Shown here: positions 1-11,859 of the stretch, one piece after another | Position numbering within the stretch: the first letter of the stretch is position 1 | Layout: each line of letters begins with the position of its first letter | Translations under genes and position numbers: made by a program | Notes under the pieces: generated by a model | What the model was told of the DNA's origin: nothing | Database searches by the model: none | What the model saw: the letters and a program-made list of their open reading frames with translations, nothing else | NCBI RefSeq assembly: GCF_001949145.1 | Contig: NW_019091361.1 | Location: forward strand, 3,559,854-3,623,853 | Reading direction: 5' to 3' | Source of the DNA: Acanthaster planci | Taxonomy: Eukaryota | DNA: 64,000 bases

Positions 1-3000
1 ATCATACCTGAATTACTCTAACTCATGGGGGTGGGGTCAAGGCACAAGACTCAGCTACTGTGGAATCCCACATCCTTACAACTCATCCCAGTGTGCCTAC
101 GATGACCTTTCAGAAGGGCTGGGGTTGATATTTTTCCCTCTTCTTTTTTTGATGTGCATCAAACTTGGAGCTTTCTTTAGCCTGGGGGAGTTTGCCTCAA
201 GACCAAAAATAGAAGAGTTGATTGGAAACACAAACTTTGCTGTATCTGGCTGGGATACATCAAGGAATGGGCAAGCAATGGTCCCAACTTTGATTGATTC
301 AAGACGGCAGGGTTATGCAGCTATATGAAGTTGAACAAAGGAACAATAAATGAGATATGAATGTTCAATTTCTGATCACCACGGACGCACTTCATTGCAC
401 CTTTCCATTCCATTCTCCATTTAATATATCTTCCATTCCTTACAGGCTTTTTCCAACTTCTACTGCAAATTTGTTTTCCATAAGGGGGCCGGGAAGGAGG
501 AAAGTGGTACTTGTCCTCCCGGTCACCTGGAAAAAAAATTGGAAAAAAAAAGAAACCGGAGAAGGGGAAAATAAATACCCGTTTTCATGAAAACAGCTAA
601 ATATATTCTGCTTGCAGCATTGGCTTCTTCCAGTGTTGATGGTTTGTCCACAGAGCGATGGTTTTTCAGTCTGCTGTTACAGACTGGTCGTATTAGGCCC
701 TCCGATTCCCCAGTGACACCAGTGTTCTCTTTTCTAGTACAGCTTTTCAGTGAGCTTTTGAGAATAGCTTCTGACTTTGAGTGCTGTCTAGAGAGTTCTA
801 GCCCTGGAGCAGAAGGTCCGAAACAAGTTTAAAAACCACGGTCCAATTTCAAGGCTCAGATTAATTGTACAAAGAAAAACATACCAACTGCTCGGGAAAA
901 AACTGTGCTTAAATTTGAAGTAATCTTATAGCAGAGACATGCATGTGACGATTGTGAACGCATGGCAAATCAGTATTTTGGCTAATTTTGTCTCTTTTCT
1001 GTACTGTACCACTACTGTGCTTACAAAATGTCAACCGGTACATCAAACGTACTAAGGCTGTGTTAGCAGAAAATTTTGAATTAGACAGTGCAATAAATTT
1101 AGACCCTAGCACTACTTCATGGTTCACTGGATAGCATCTTGGCACAGTCTCCACCAACACATGAGGACAACGCACGATGAGGGTGTGAGTCCTCGTGCCC
1201 TCCAGAATCAGGAGGGAAACCTTGTTGAGAGATGCTTCCGACTGGAGCCTATAGGCTGCAGGCTAGGGCAACAAAAATGGCACTTAGGCCTACATGTAGC
1301 CAGTGACTCAGAGTGGATAGGATTCTTCCAAAGTACAGAACAGATCACTAAAAAACACTAATAACATCACTGACAGTGGGTGTTGTTCTGCTAAGTAAGT
1401 TGTTTCCCTGTTGCCACGGTTTCCAATTTTCTTCCATAATACTCACTGAAAATCCTTGAAGAATGATTGAGGCTGGCAGATTCAGTGGGAGCGAATGAAT
1501 GATCATGGAATGATCAGCTATGGCAAATGACATGGCAGTGTGAATTAGCTGCCTGTCTGAGTGTATGCTAAAACATTACAAACATTAATGAGACTTAAGA
1601 TTTCAAAGATTTACGTTAATCACAGATGCAAAGTTTGTGTCTGTGGTGAGCTGCATTCGGGTGCTTGAACAACAGAGGTGGCCTTTTATATACTTATCCG
1701 AGGAGACACCATAACCGTGGTGGCATGGGACTTAAACGTGTGGTGCGAGCATGCAGTAATGGTTTCTATAAGTTATAGGATTTGTCTGTGAGTACATACA
1801 TAAGAAATATAGCAACATGTTCTGATAGTGACACAAACTATTTCCGTTAGGCAAGATGTAAAATCCATACCACATGTACATGTAACTTGGACTTCCTGCA
1901 AATTCAACAGTCCAAGTAGACAGCACCTTTAGTGGAGAGCAAATGAAGCAGTGACGCTTGAGTGGCTGCAGGCAAGGGTTGAAGTGACAAACTACCTGCT
2001 GACAGATCTATGGAATTCAGAAGTCTGGGTGTTTCTCTCTCCATAATCTCCTTCCTTTCCCTCCATCAATCGTGGTCATTAAAGACACTAACTCAGGTCA
2101 AGTCATTTGGAATCAAGCCAACTTCCTTATATCCTTACCCTTTTCTCAAAGCGCAAAGCTGCTTATGGTCATGTTGAAACTTCTGAGTGGTTACAAAGAT
2201 GCTCCAACATCAGCAAAAAGCCAAGTGTCATTTCAAAAAAACACAGTTATGATGTCTCACACATCAGTACTCCAGAAATTGCTTAAGATGAGAAGTGTGT
2301 CTCAAGCATAAAATGACACTCTTTAAACTTGAAAGATTGTGCTGTCCCTTTTCTACAGGGACTCCTAAATTACATCATAAATCTTCTCAGACCAGTCAAG
2401 AACTTCTCTGGTAAATTAATCCAGTGATAAAAATTAAGAAAATCTTTATTAGGAGACGATATGTACGGCCCAGATTACAGGTTGATCATGTTCTTTGATG
2501 CGCTGTTGCAATCTTATTGGTGCAGAACAAGCTTTGAGCACATTTGTTATCGTCTCCGCAGTTTCATTGCTTGACTTAAAATGTTCCTTATAATTCATGT
2601 CAAACAGCTGTGTGGTGAATATTATAATACATAATGAAGTGCATGTTGTCTTTAATTAAAACCACTTTCAGGGTTGTCGCATAGGCACAGTGGCAATTTC
2701 ATGGGGAGATCCAGCTTTTTATCTCAAGGCACTTCTTTCTTTTCTTTTCCTTCTTTGAAGATTTTATACACTGAATAACTCATGAAATGTAACTGATCAA
2801 GGGAGGGTGTACATATCTGTAACACAAGATTGTTTACCCAAAGGCCACAAGCCAGACCAATTTAATCTCACTGCAGTTCAAGGTTCTGGGGAAAGATTTG
2901 CTCCTTTGATATTTTGAACTCTGACTCAAGGAGTGTTACAATGGAATTCTACTTGCTACTGTGAACTACTTGCTGACGGTAAGTTCACCAATCAAATGAA

Positions 3001-3098
3001 GTTCTCAAGTACCTGGGCAAGTAATATACCTGATGTCCAACTGGGGTGGAAGGGTACTGGGGGGCCCTCATTTCTGAAGGGGCCACTCAATGAGTTTG

Positions 3099-3259
3099 CA
3101 GTGGCAGATTTAAAGGGGGGGGCTCATTGGGTACATCTCCCCTCCCAAACTACTTGCAGGACAATGAATTTAAAATGGTGTCCACGGTGTTACATCTTGA
3201 CTGAGGGGCTTTGCCCTTCAAGTTAGTGCCGACCCCCCAAAAATTCTGGATCGGCCATT
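3099..3259. mobile_element. Degenerate CAGTGGC-type MITE with G/C runs
   Basis: cagtggcagattt...ggggggg start and ccccc...ctggatcggccatt end. Similar relics near 3945-4135 and 23326-23490. Confidence 0.45.
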
Positions 3260-6200
3260 AATTTTGGTCAAAAGTTGAAATAATACAAAGCTCTTTCTGT
3301 TTCCTCCAGTTTCTAAGCCAGCACTGACCTTTCTCTGAGGCAGTTGCTTTTAGTTTTACATGGAAAATCAACTTTTGACAGGGGCTTCTTGGGGCATTGT
3401 TCATTTTGGATTTTAGTAGGGCATCAACTGTGTACCTCTATGATTCAGGGTCTACAATTTCCTCTGAAAAATTATATTTACACATACATGCATATGCTAT
3501 CAAACCAACTTTTCTTAAAGTACCATATTTCCTCAGTTTGGCATCTAACTGTCACTGGCAATTGTGTACATGCATCTGTCTTGGGTGTCAGTAGGGTCAA
3601 GGGAGCAGCCTGGACAGGAGTGAATATGACCATGAATGAAATCCCAAAAGCCTTTATTATGACGAATGGGAAGATTTCTTGGGTCAAACCAGCAACGTGG
3701 CAAAGAATGTGGCCAAGTCAGTGCCCTTGTATGGAAATGTCACAGCAGTCTCTTTCAGTCACTCAACAAACTATGAGCAAAACATCCCTAGGCTGGAAAG
3801 ATTGGAGGAATTGAATTTGTAGATTTATACATTTGGAGCAATTCCCAGTGGTGAGGAGCCTTCCCTGTGGAGGGAGGGGGGTACATCAATATAATGTACT
3901 TCTACAAGTCAGAAACCAAGTGGGAACTAATAGTAGGTGTGGCAAGCATACCGGGTATGGGGGGGACAAGAGGCACACTCTCTCTCTCTGACCCCTCCCT
4001 GAAAACAAAATTAAGTATTTTAAAAAATAAAAAAGTGAAGATTTTCTCATCCTCCGGGGAACTGCTTCACCCTGGTAAAAGGTTGTTTGTTGCCCCTGCC
4101 CCCCCCCCCAAAAAAAATCCTAGGAATACCCACGAGTTTGGGAACATGTGCCAAAGATGTCTGTACAGATCGGGCAGACACATGCCAAACAGAACGATCC
4201 ACGGTCTAGTTCTCACACCTGTTCATGATGGACAAGCCTGCTTGTGTACAGTGTACAGCAAAGACAACCATAACTAAACTTCAAAACTTAATGGACTTCG
4301 TAGAGACAGTTGACAGCTTGAACTCAATTTACTCTACTTCTCTAAATTCTATTATTGTTTAATGGAATTTATGGCAAAGTGCAATTTGGGCCAATACACA
4401 AATTTTAAAGACACAAATGGAAAAGTATGTACACTTGTGTTGCAATTAATGTAAATTATTTACCACAATTTTAAAGGAATTCATTCACAGGTTGGGAATA
4501 AACATTAAAATTGTCATAACAATTTTGCAATTGTTCAGGTGTGATGACGTCTTCATGGACCAAACTTAATAAATGAATAAATAAATGGTTGCCTTTTACT
4601 TGACCCAAACCTCTTCCCAGCCTGAATGGAAGGTGACACATTGTGATAAACACGTTATCAAAAAGGGAGGCTGTCCGGGCAAAACTTTTCCCGGGAGAAA
4701 TAGAAATTTAATGACTGCTCCAGACAAGCTTAACAAATCCCCTTAAGGGGAGATAAAATTGGATTCCCTCAAGTTAACGACCATGCTGGCCCCTCACTGT
4801 GATTGGGGGGCAGCTGTGGAGACCCTAAAATGACTCCTCCCCTTATTGAATTTGTCAACATTCATTTCACTTGTAACTCCTGGAAATTAAAACACTGCAA
4901 CTAGATTCAGGGCTTGAAGTTAAGTTCGGGGTCAAGTCAAGTGAGGCTCATGGTCCAGACATGATTAAACCAGCCGTTCACAAGCATTAGGCCTATGTTA
5001 TGACCACCGACAAAATTTTGCTGTGGTTGGATAAATCACCGGATTCCCAGTGGCTTTGATTTTGATTGGTTTCACGAGGAAGTCCAAACTTTGTAGATAG
5101 TATTTACACACTTGCCAAGCAGTAAACACTTCTCCATGGACACAGTGGAACATGCATGTGACTTCTTGTACCCGGCACATCCAAAGCTCTAAAGTAAAGC
5201 CGTCTGAAATTGTTTGTCAATGATTTTCATATTTATTTTCATAAGTTCTCATATTTCAGTCACCAGGTGAAGGAGAGCCCAATCCATGTTTTGTCATACA
5301 GTATTATAGATTGATAAGAGCCGAACGAAGTTCTCTACTTAAAGGCTTAAAAAAAAATTCATGAAGCGGGCCCACCAAGAACTTTTAATTTTTGTTGCAA
5401 ATTGTGCAGAGAATTTTACATTCCACTGTAGATATCACCAGTACTAAATAAGCAACTTTTCTAGGAGTTTCTCTCGAATATGATGATAATGTGCTCATCC
5501 CATATTCGAAGAGTTTTCTTTGATTTAGTAAAATTTAGAGCATGCAAAAAAATATCTAAAGCTGTATGCAGTTCACATAAACATCACAGCTTCACACAAA
5601 TTTCTTTAACAAATCCAGCCCTTCCCTGCATTAAAAACACTCAGACCCATGAAACTGTAACATGAAAACAAACTAAGACCTTACCTTGATGCTTTTGGTG
5701 AACTCTATCAAAGTGAGTAAGATAAATGCATAACAACCGTTACAAGTGCAGGCGGACGAATATGAAGGCAAATGTGTATGTGCCATTCTAAAGAGTGCAC
5801 ACAAGACCCCATGCATACAAATGATCCTGGAAATGACTGGGGCAGATGCTCAACAAGTTGGCTCAATAAGAAACGAGAGATTGGGCCAACAGGTAGCAGT
5901 CCTTGGCCCTTTCTCGGCCTCTGCTCAAACCCCAGCTGTAGAAGGGTCTCACCTCTGCCAACAATTAGCCATCTCCTCTCATTTCCCCTTACAGGGCAGG
6001 ATCAAGGCTGCCACAGCAATACTGTTAAGGTATAAACGCTGGGATCATGTATGCAGGAATTCTTCCATCAAGGTCATTTTTAAATAATAATATACTTTAT
6101 TCCCTCAAATCCCTAGCAACGTTTATATCAAGGAGTCTTTAAAGTTTACAAGCAGAGGGCCTTGAATATTCATGTCACATAAAAAGATCCTTGAAGATTA

Positions 6201-6585
6201 TTTGTAGTGTAAATAAAACAAATGGCTTGCATAACCTGAAATATAGAGATTGGAAACTGCAGAGGGCATGGAAATTTCAATTCTAGTAGAATCTGCTTCA
6301 AATTGTGCTTTCCAGGATTACACACATCACAGTTATCAATGTGACGTTGATGGCTATCTTACATGAACAGGTGCACCAATTCTGACCAATGTTATACAGT
6401 TCGTTTGTGTGTATCAAATTTCAGGAGATTTTGATTTCCAAACATAGGATTATCCACAATATGTCTTTGATCAAATTGTTGATCATTGACCAAAGTGAAC
6501 TGCAAAGCTATAGCCGTGCCCACTAAGCTTAAGTCAGCCTACTGCTTCAGTAGTTCACATGTCTTCATTAGCGAGGAAGGAAATA

Positions 6586-6840
6586 TGTGGCACAGTTACT
6601 GAGGTATGTCACTCTTGGAAATCGCATCTGGGTTGCAAATCCAGCTGCTGGTTGTGTGCACAATGTCCTTGGGCAAGGTCGTCTCAATGTGACCAATCTT
6701 GATTCTTGATGTATGTCCAGGGTTCAAATCCGGCCAATGGCTGTCTTCACCTTTTCCTTGGACAAGACATTCCAACCAACACTTGCCTGTCTTCATGTGA
6801 CCTTATCACAAGCATGTCTGGATGGGACAATAAAGGTAGT
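6586..6840 (+). mobile_element. Decayed tRNA-derived SINE in the GPCR1 3' flank (homologous relics near 13900-14040 and 19270-19440)
   Basis: B-box-like gggttgcaaatcc and gggttcaaatcc, core-like gtccttgggcaag and tccttggacaagacatt. gggttcgaatcc and ggttccaatcc lie at equivalent positions beside copies 2 and 3. Confidence 0.5.
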
Positions 6841-6845
6841 TGCAC

Positions 6846-8312
6846 TTAAGTCTCCTTCACACTGGGAGGACTTTCTGTCCTTGATAACCCATTTTGGTCA
6901 TCTTTTCCAACTGAAGATATTACCTTCAATTCCAACAGCTCCTCTTGTGATGGCAACTGGGAGTGAGTTATGATTGACGTTGTTTTGTGATGAGGACCTT
7001 GTGACAGAAACTTAACATCCTTTACTTGCATCTGATCTTTTGGTGCTGGTTCTTGAAGAAGCTCTGCAGCCTGTGCTGTCATCTGATCCTTTGGTAATGA
7101 TCCTGGGAGCTCTGCAGCCTGTAGGCCTACTTGCATCTGATCTTTTGGTGCTGGTTCTTGAAGAAGCTTTGTAGCCTGTGCTCTCATCTGATCTTCTTGT
7201 GCTGTTTCAGAAAAAGGCTCGGCAGCGTGTACTCTTATCTGATCCTTTGTTACTGATTCTGGAAGTTCTGCAGTCAGTTCTTGGATCTGATTTTTCAGTG
7301 CCGGTTTGGGGAGAAGCTCTACCTGTACTCGCATTTGATCTTTTAGTGCCGATTCTCCTTGGGTATTTTGTCGGCCACAGCAAAGACAAGTCACTGCCTG
7401 GATCACAGCAGCTCTGTAGTCAGCATTTATCACACTGTAAATGATGGGATCTACACAACTGTTGATCTGCTCCAGGATTCTTGTGCATGTTTCAACAAAC
7501 ATATAATCGTGGAGAAGTTTGGGAACTGCAGATATATTGGGTGAGCTGATGAAAATTCCGATCATAACGATAGAGGTGAATTGGAGTGAATTCAATAGGA
7601 AGAAAACGGCAGTGTTGATGATGAGCATACAGGTGACCTTTCCAAGCCTCTGTGGACAGTGCTGTGCCTCAGGTGATCTTTGCCGCAGTTTTAACACAAG
7701 GCACACATACACAGTGCCAGTCACGACAACAGAAACTAAGTTGAATGATCCAAGTACGACAACAGAAACCATCTGTGGGATTCGCACATCGGGACCAACC
7801 TGAATGTTGAATGAAAACACATCAACTATTCCAACCCTGACTGCTAGCACCCAAAGTCCTGCTGATACCTTGGCTGCTCTTGTTTTGCTGGCTGATGCTC
7901 TATATGTTATTGGATGATGAACAGCTGAGAATCTCTCCACTGCTACGGCCACTACCAGCAAATAGGACACAATTCTAAGTGTGTTGAACACACAACCGAT
8001 GACAATGCTGACTTGATGAGACCCAAGGAAATACATGTACAAATGTCCCCAAGATATTGCTAACGTCAAGAGAAGATAAAGTGTGTCAGCTACTGCCAGA
8101 TTGGCTAAGTAGACATTGATGACCGTCCACATGGACTTCAGCCGAACAACAACAAGGAGGAAGACAACATTCAGAAGTAGGCCAACTGGTGCGATGATTT
8201 TTGCACTCAGATTGTAAGTTTCGCTCAGTTCCTGTTTATGAGCTTTGTAATCTTTCCAAAACTGCTCAAAGTCACAGCCACACAAATCTGCAATACTGTG
8301 ATTGTCATTCAT
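6846..8312 (-). CDS. Intronless class A (rhodopsin-like) orphan GPCR, copy 1 (488 aa), with repeat-expanded C-tail
   Basis: ATG 8312 to TAA 6846. Seven hydrophobic segments with TM1 GLLLN, TM2 NVYLANLAVAD, TM3 AVERF, TM4 Trp and TM7 NSCVDPIIY. Paralogous to 14068-15298 and 19505-20593. Confidence 0.93.
   Translation of the reverse strand: MNDNHSIADLCGCDFEQFWKDYKAHKQELSETYNLSAKIIAPVGLLLNVVFLLVVVRLKSMWTVINVYLANLAVADTLYLLLTLAISWGHLYMYFLGSHQVSIVIGCVFNTLRIVSYLLVVAVAVERFSAVHHPITYRASASKTRAAKVSAGLWVLAVRVGIVDVFSFNIQVGPDVRIPQMVSVVVLGSFNLVSVVVTGTVYVCLVLKLRQRSPEAQHCPQRLGKVTCMLIINTAVFFLLNSLQFTSIVMIGIFISSPNISAVPKLLHDYMFVETCTRILEQINSCVDPIIYSVINADYRAAVIQAVTCLCCGRQNTQGESALKDQMRVQVELLPKPALKNQIQELTAELPESVTKDQIRVHAAEPFSETAQEDQMRAQATKLLQEPAPKDQMQVGLQAAELPGSLPKDQMTAQAAELLQEPAPKDQMQVKDVKFLSQGPHHKTTSIITHSQLPSQEELLELKVISSVGKDDQNGLSRTESPPSVKET
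7002..7355 (-). repeat. Coding tandem repeat: 7 units of 16-18 aa (EPAPKDQMxVQAAELLx-like) in the GPCR1 C-tail
   Basis: Units ESALKDQMRVQVELLP / KPALKNQIQELTAELP / ESVTKDQIRVHAAEPFS / ETAQEDQMRAQATKLLQ / EPAPKDQMQVGLQAAELP / GSLPKDQMTAQAAELLQ / EPAPKDQMQVKDVKFLS total 118 aa = 354 nt. Confidence 0.9.
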
Positions 8313-8576
8313 TTCTGCAAGGACAGTATTTACTCATCAGCAAGCTGAACTGCCAAATACAGTGCAACAGAACTCACATATACATGTATGGATCCAGTTT
8401 GTAAAGGAATCCAAAACAGATCTTCAATACTAAGTTGTGTTTTGATACTTCTGTAACCTGACCATCAAGTGACTGAATTTCTCAAGTGACTATTGGCTAA
8501 AAGCAGGACCCAAAAAAATAATAATTTGCCACGAACAATTTCCCAACAACCAAGTGCAAAGTAACAAGAAATACAT

Positions 8577-8593
8577 CTTTCAGTTTCAGGAAT
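8577..8593 (-). promoter_or_regulatory. Invariant 17-mer upstream of GPCR1 (IRF-E/ISRE-like GAAACTGAAA)
   Basis: ctttcagtttcaggaat is identical at 8577, 15561 and 20844, which is 265, 263 and 251 nt upstream of each ATG. Confidence 0.45.
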
Positions 8594-9022
8594 AAGTAAT
8601 TGTATTTTCATTTTCTTGCTTCAGATCCAAACTGTCTGTGGAAATAAAGCCTCCATGCAACAAGAGCTACACAACAGCATGGGTACATGCTACATATACC
8701 GGTACATTCCACAACTATTATAAATTCAGCATTCGCAAAAGCAACAAACTTATTTCAAAATGCAGGACATCTTACGTTTTACATGTAAAAGACCCTTAGA
8801 AAAAATAGCAGATCCTGTCATGTGCTTACATTTATGTACAGTGTACTTACATATGCCAGGCATGTACATGTATTACTATATGTGCACTTTGTAATTTATT
8901 TCACATGGAAGAAAAGACTGAACAAGATTCTGAACCTGGGAGTTTACACAAAAAAGCAAATCTAAATAACTCTTGACCACTGTCAAATCACTGCAACCCC
9001 CACTTGAGAAACATCCCCGCCT

Positions 9023-9081
9023 TTAACCCTAACACTCCTCAATCCTTCACCTGTTGGAGGACTGAGGAGTGTTAGGGTTAA
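9023..9081. mobile_element. 51-bp palindromic mini-element with TTAA flanks (piggyBac-like MITE), copy 1
   Basis: TTAA-ccctaacactcctcaatccttca-cctgt-tggaggactgaggagtgttaggg-TTAA. A second copy lies at 27972-28030. Confidence 0.7.
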
Positions 9082-9429
9082 AGGAAAAAATCAGAGAAGT
9101 TGTACTGAGTACTTGAATGTAAACGCTGACCTGTCTCTGTGAACGACATGTACTTATACATAGCCGTTTGTATTTCTATGGTCTAAATATGCACGTGGTT
9201 CATTGAATTTATAAGTAACCCTTCACAGGTAAAAAAGAAAGAGTTGGGGCCCATTATTAAAACTGTGTACACTATACCTAGCGAATGAAAGACATTAGAA
9301 GATCACATATTGTGAAATTTGTTTGTGCAGACTGTGCTGCTTTGAGGCGGACAATGCCTTTTGTTAGGAAATTCATGACCCAGTTGTGAGATAAGAAGTT
9401 TCTAACGAAACACAGATGTATCATACCCT

Positions 9430-10690
9430 ACGTGTTCAACACCTGTGCAGCCCCCACAACTACATCATACAGTGCCAGAGTGAACATCCCGTACACAGTA
9501 CATCAACCCAAGGGACGTTGCTGTCATAGGAAAACACGCCCTGTCTTGTTCACGCACAGAACACATGGCAAATCCTATAGACAAGCAGATAGGCCTACAC
9601 GTGTAACAAAAGAAGAGGGATTATTTAAATGAATCGACCCAATTTTGACTCAATTGGTCTGAGGACGAATGTCACAGTGCAAGGAAATGTTCTGAAAATT
9701 CCCAGGACAGGCACAAGTCTGCAGCTCACTCCCTGCATACTTTGGCTTGCATCAAGTTTCCTCCTCTGCCCCCAAAGAAATGAAACTGAGTGTTGATTTC
9801 AATCAGATTACATATCAATAATCCCATTTCCTGCCTTCTGGTAAGAGAAAACCTTCAGGTTACTAAAAACAAAGGAATATGCCGAGGTTCTCATCGCAGT
9901 GATGACAGAGACTGCAGAAAAAAAAATCTAGATACATGTATTTGAAAAGAAACAGCTTGATCTCAATCAATGTGCAGGTCACTGGGCTGATGAAACTTTA
10001 AGACTGGCATGGTGGTGTGGGAAGGAGTGGGAGATTTGAGAAATTGGACACACAGTTCCTCCTACAATCCTGGACAAATTACTTGGAAATCTTGTGGGAA
10101 GCACGGTGAAAAGATCCCCCCTCTCTCCCATTCAATGTTGCGGTCATTTATTGGACCACGATTCGGCCCAACTTACCCAATGAGAAACAACATTGACAGG
10201 GGGCGAGGCGTGTTCAACGAGATTTGTCCAGGATTGTAGCTTCAGGAATTGCATTTACAGGAAATGCAAACTTCTTTCAGAAAGGAAACTAAAATGCAAC
10301 CCCAGTACTGCACTTTCACTGCATGGTTCCAAGCCAAAAATATATCAAAACTATGCTTGGCACTGTTACCACACCTAGCACAAGATTTGCGGACATTCAT
10401 CTGCTTGCCCAACCCAAAGACATAATACCCAATTGCAATATTACCAGATTTGCCTATTAAGTTTCAACTATTTCACGAGGGAAGAAAGTACCCATTTTTG
10501 CTTCCTCAGCAACCATAAATGCCAACTGAAAATAGCTAACAAAGTTTTCTACTGAGCAGTTATACTTTATAAAGAATCGAAGCCAACAAGTGAACATACC
10601 AAAGTTTGTACAGGTACATGTACATCAAGCCTGGAATTTACACAACTGAGCGGAAATTCTTATTCTGATTGCTTTGATATAGTCTGTACA
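9430..10690. repeat. Non-coding segmental duplicate (blocks A and B') of the GPCR tandem unit
   Basis: Shares anchors such as caaagaaatgaaactgagtgt...ttcaatcagatta...caataatc and agactggcatggtggtgt with 11860-12400 and 22545-22920, and block-B anchors with 12950-13300 and 17920-18130. Boundaries are approximate. Confidence 0.75.
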
Positions 10691-10692
10691 TG

Positions 10693-10912
10693 CTATCCAC
10701 CCCGAGCTGAAGTGCACCCCCAATCGGTGAAAGAAAGACGGGTGGTTAAAAGCGGGTTCTTGCGCGTGTTCTGCATGTACACAAAGACCACACATGCAGC
10801 TACGCATGCTCCACGTCAAATGCACATATACTTACATGCTTAATGGCGCACCTATGCCGGGAGTACCAAAAAAAACAAACACGCCCTCTCTTGCGCCGCT
10901 CGGAGAGGATAG
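10693..10912. mobile_element. Degenerate MITE
   Basis: ctatccaccccgagc versus reverse complement of the end ctatcctctccgagc. Locally CpG-richer than the flanks. Confidence 0.45.
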
Positions 10913-11715
10913 GGTCATCTCCAAAATGCAGCATACATGTACTGTTGCAACAGAGGACTTCTGTTAATTCCAATCCGTTTCCTACTAAAGCAGGACTCAC
11001 TGCCCCCAAAAATTACACAAACTGTCTAAAAGTTTAAAATTTGAGAGTGTTTTATCACATTTTCTCTGCACGCGTAACTTCTGTTAAACTTGAAAATGAC
11101 AGCCAACCCTTACAAATTCAGGTCAGTCTAACTCCACTTGTTCAGATATGTTCAGTATGATATGGTGACTGAGGGGAGATCTGTGCTTCTTTATTTGGGT
11201 GTCAAAGAGTTCAACTAAAGCTGAATGTTATGTGCACCACTTTTCAACACCCATTTGTCCTCATCCATGTGATCGAATTGCAGGGAAGTCTTGATTAGAT
11301 GAAAGTGCACTTCCGCTCATGCTGTCAGGATTTCTTGTCTCGGATGGCCTAGCCAATGTTAGTATTCTCTTTCCTACATGTATTCAGAAAATCACCTTTA
11401 TTCCAGCAGAGCCCCTTCAGACAACAGTTAGGAGTTACTTACCCTTGCCATTGCTTTGGGATGAGGACTAAGCAGGGTTGTAGACTCAACTCACTTGACT
11501 TGGACTCAGTTACTATTTTTGTGACTTGTGACTTGACTTGGACTTGCACTTTATGACTTGTTACCAACGCAAGTCAGAAAACTACTCAATCGAACCCATT
11601 AAAGTTTCAAATTAGGTCTATTAACTCATGCCTTCCGTTCTTAAGAAAATCAGCGCAAGACTTTGTTCGGCTTGCGACTTGTACATTGGTCTTGTCTGCC
11701 CAAGGCCACATCTGA

Positions 11716-11822
11716 TTCACTTGGCTATGGCTTGAAATCACACACGACTATTGATTAAATCCGTGGCCACAGTTGGCCATTACCACAGACTCGTGTGTAA
11801 CTTCAGGCCATAGCCAAATGAA
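11716..11822. repeat. Inverted repeat / small MITE
   Basis: ttggctatggcttgaaatcacacacga versus reverse complement ttggctatggcctgaagttacacacga. Confidence 0.7.
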
Positions 11823-11859
11823 AATTCAAACTCGGATGATGAATTGCTCCCTACAATAA

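Noticed and set aside
1119..1262. Minus-strand frame LILEGTRTHTLIV, faintly like an ADAMTSL spacer segment
   Set aside because: Similarity too weak and splice phases not established.
7178..7803. Antisense ORFs over GPCR1 (also 14238-14435 and 19417-19737)
   Set aside because: Shadow frames of the receptor CDSs; their mutual similarity just reflects paralogy.
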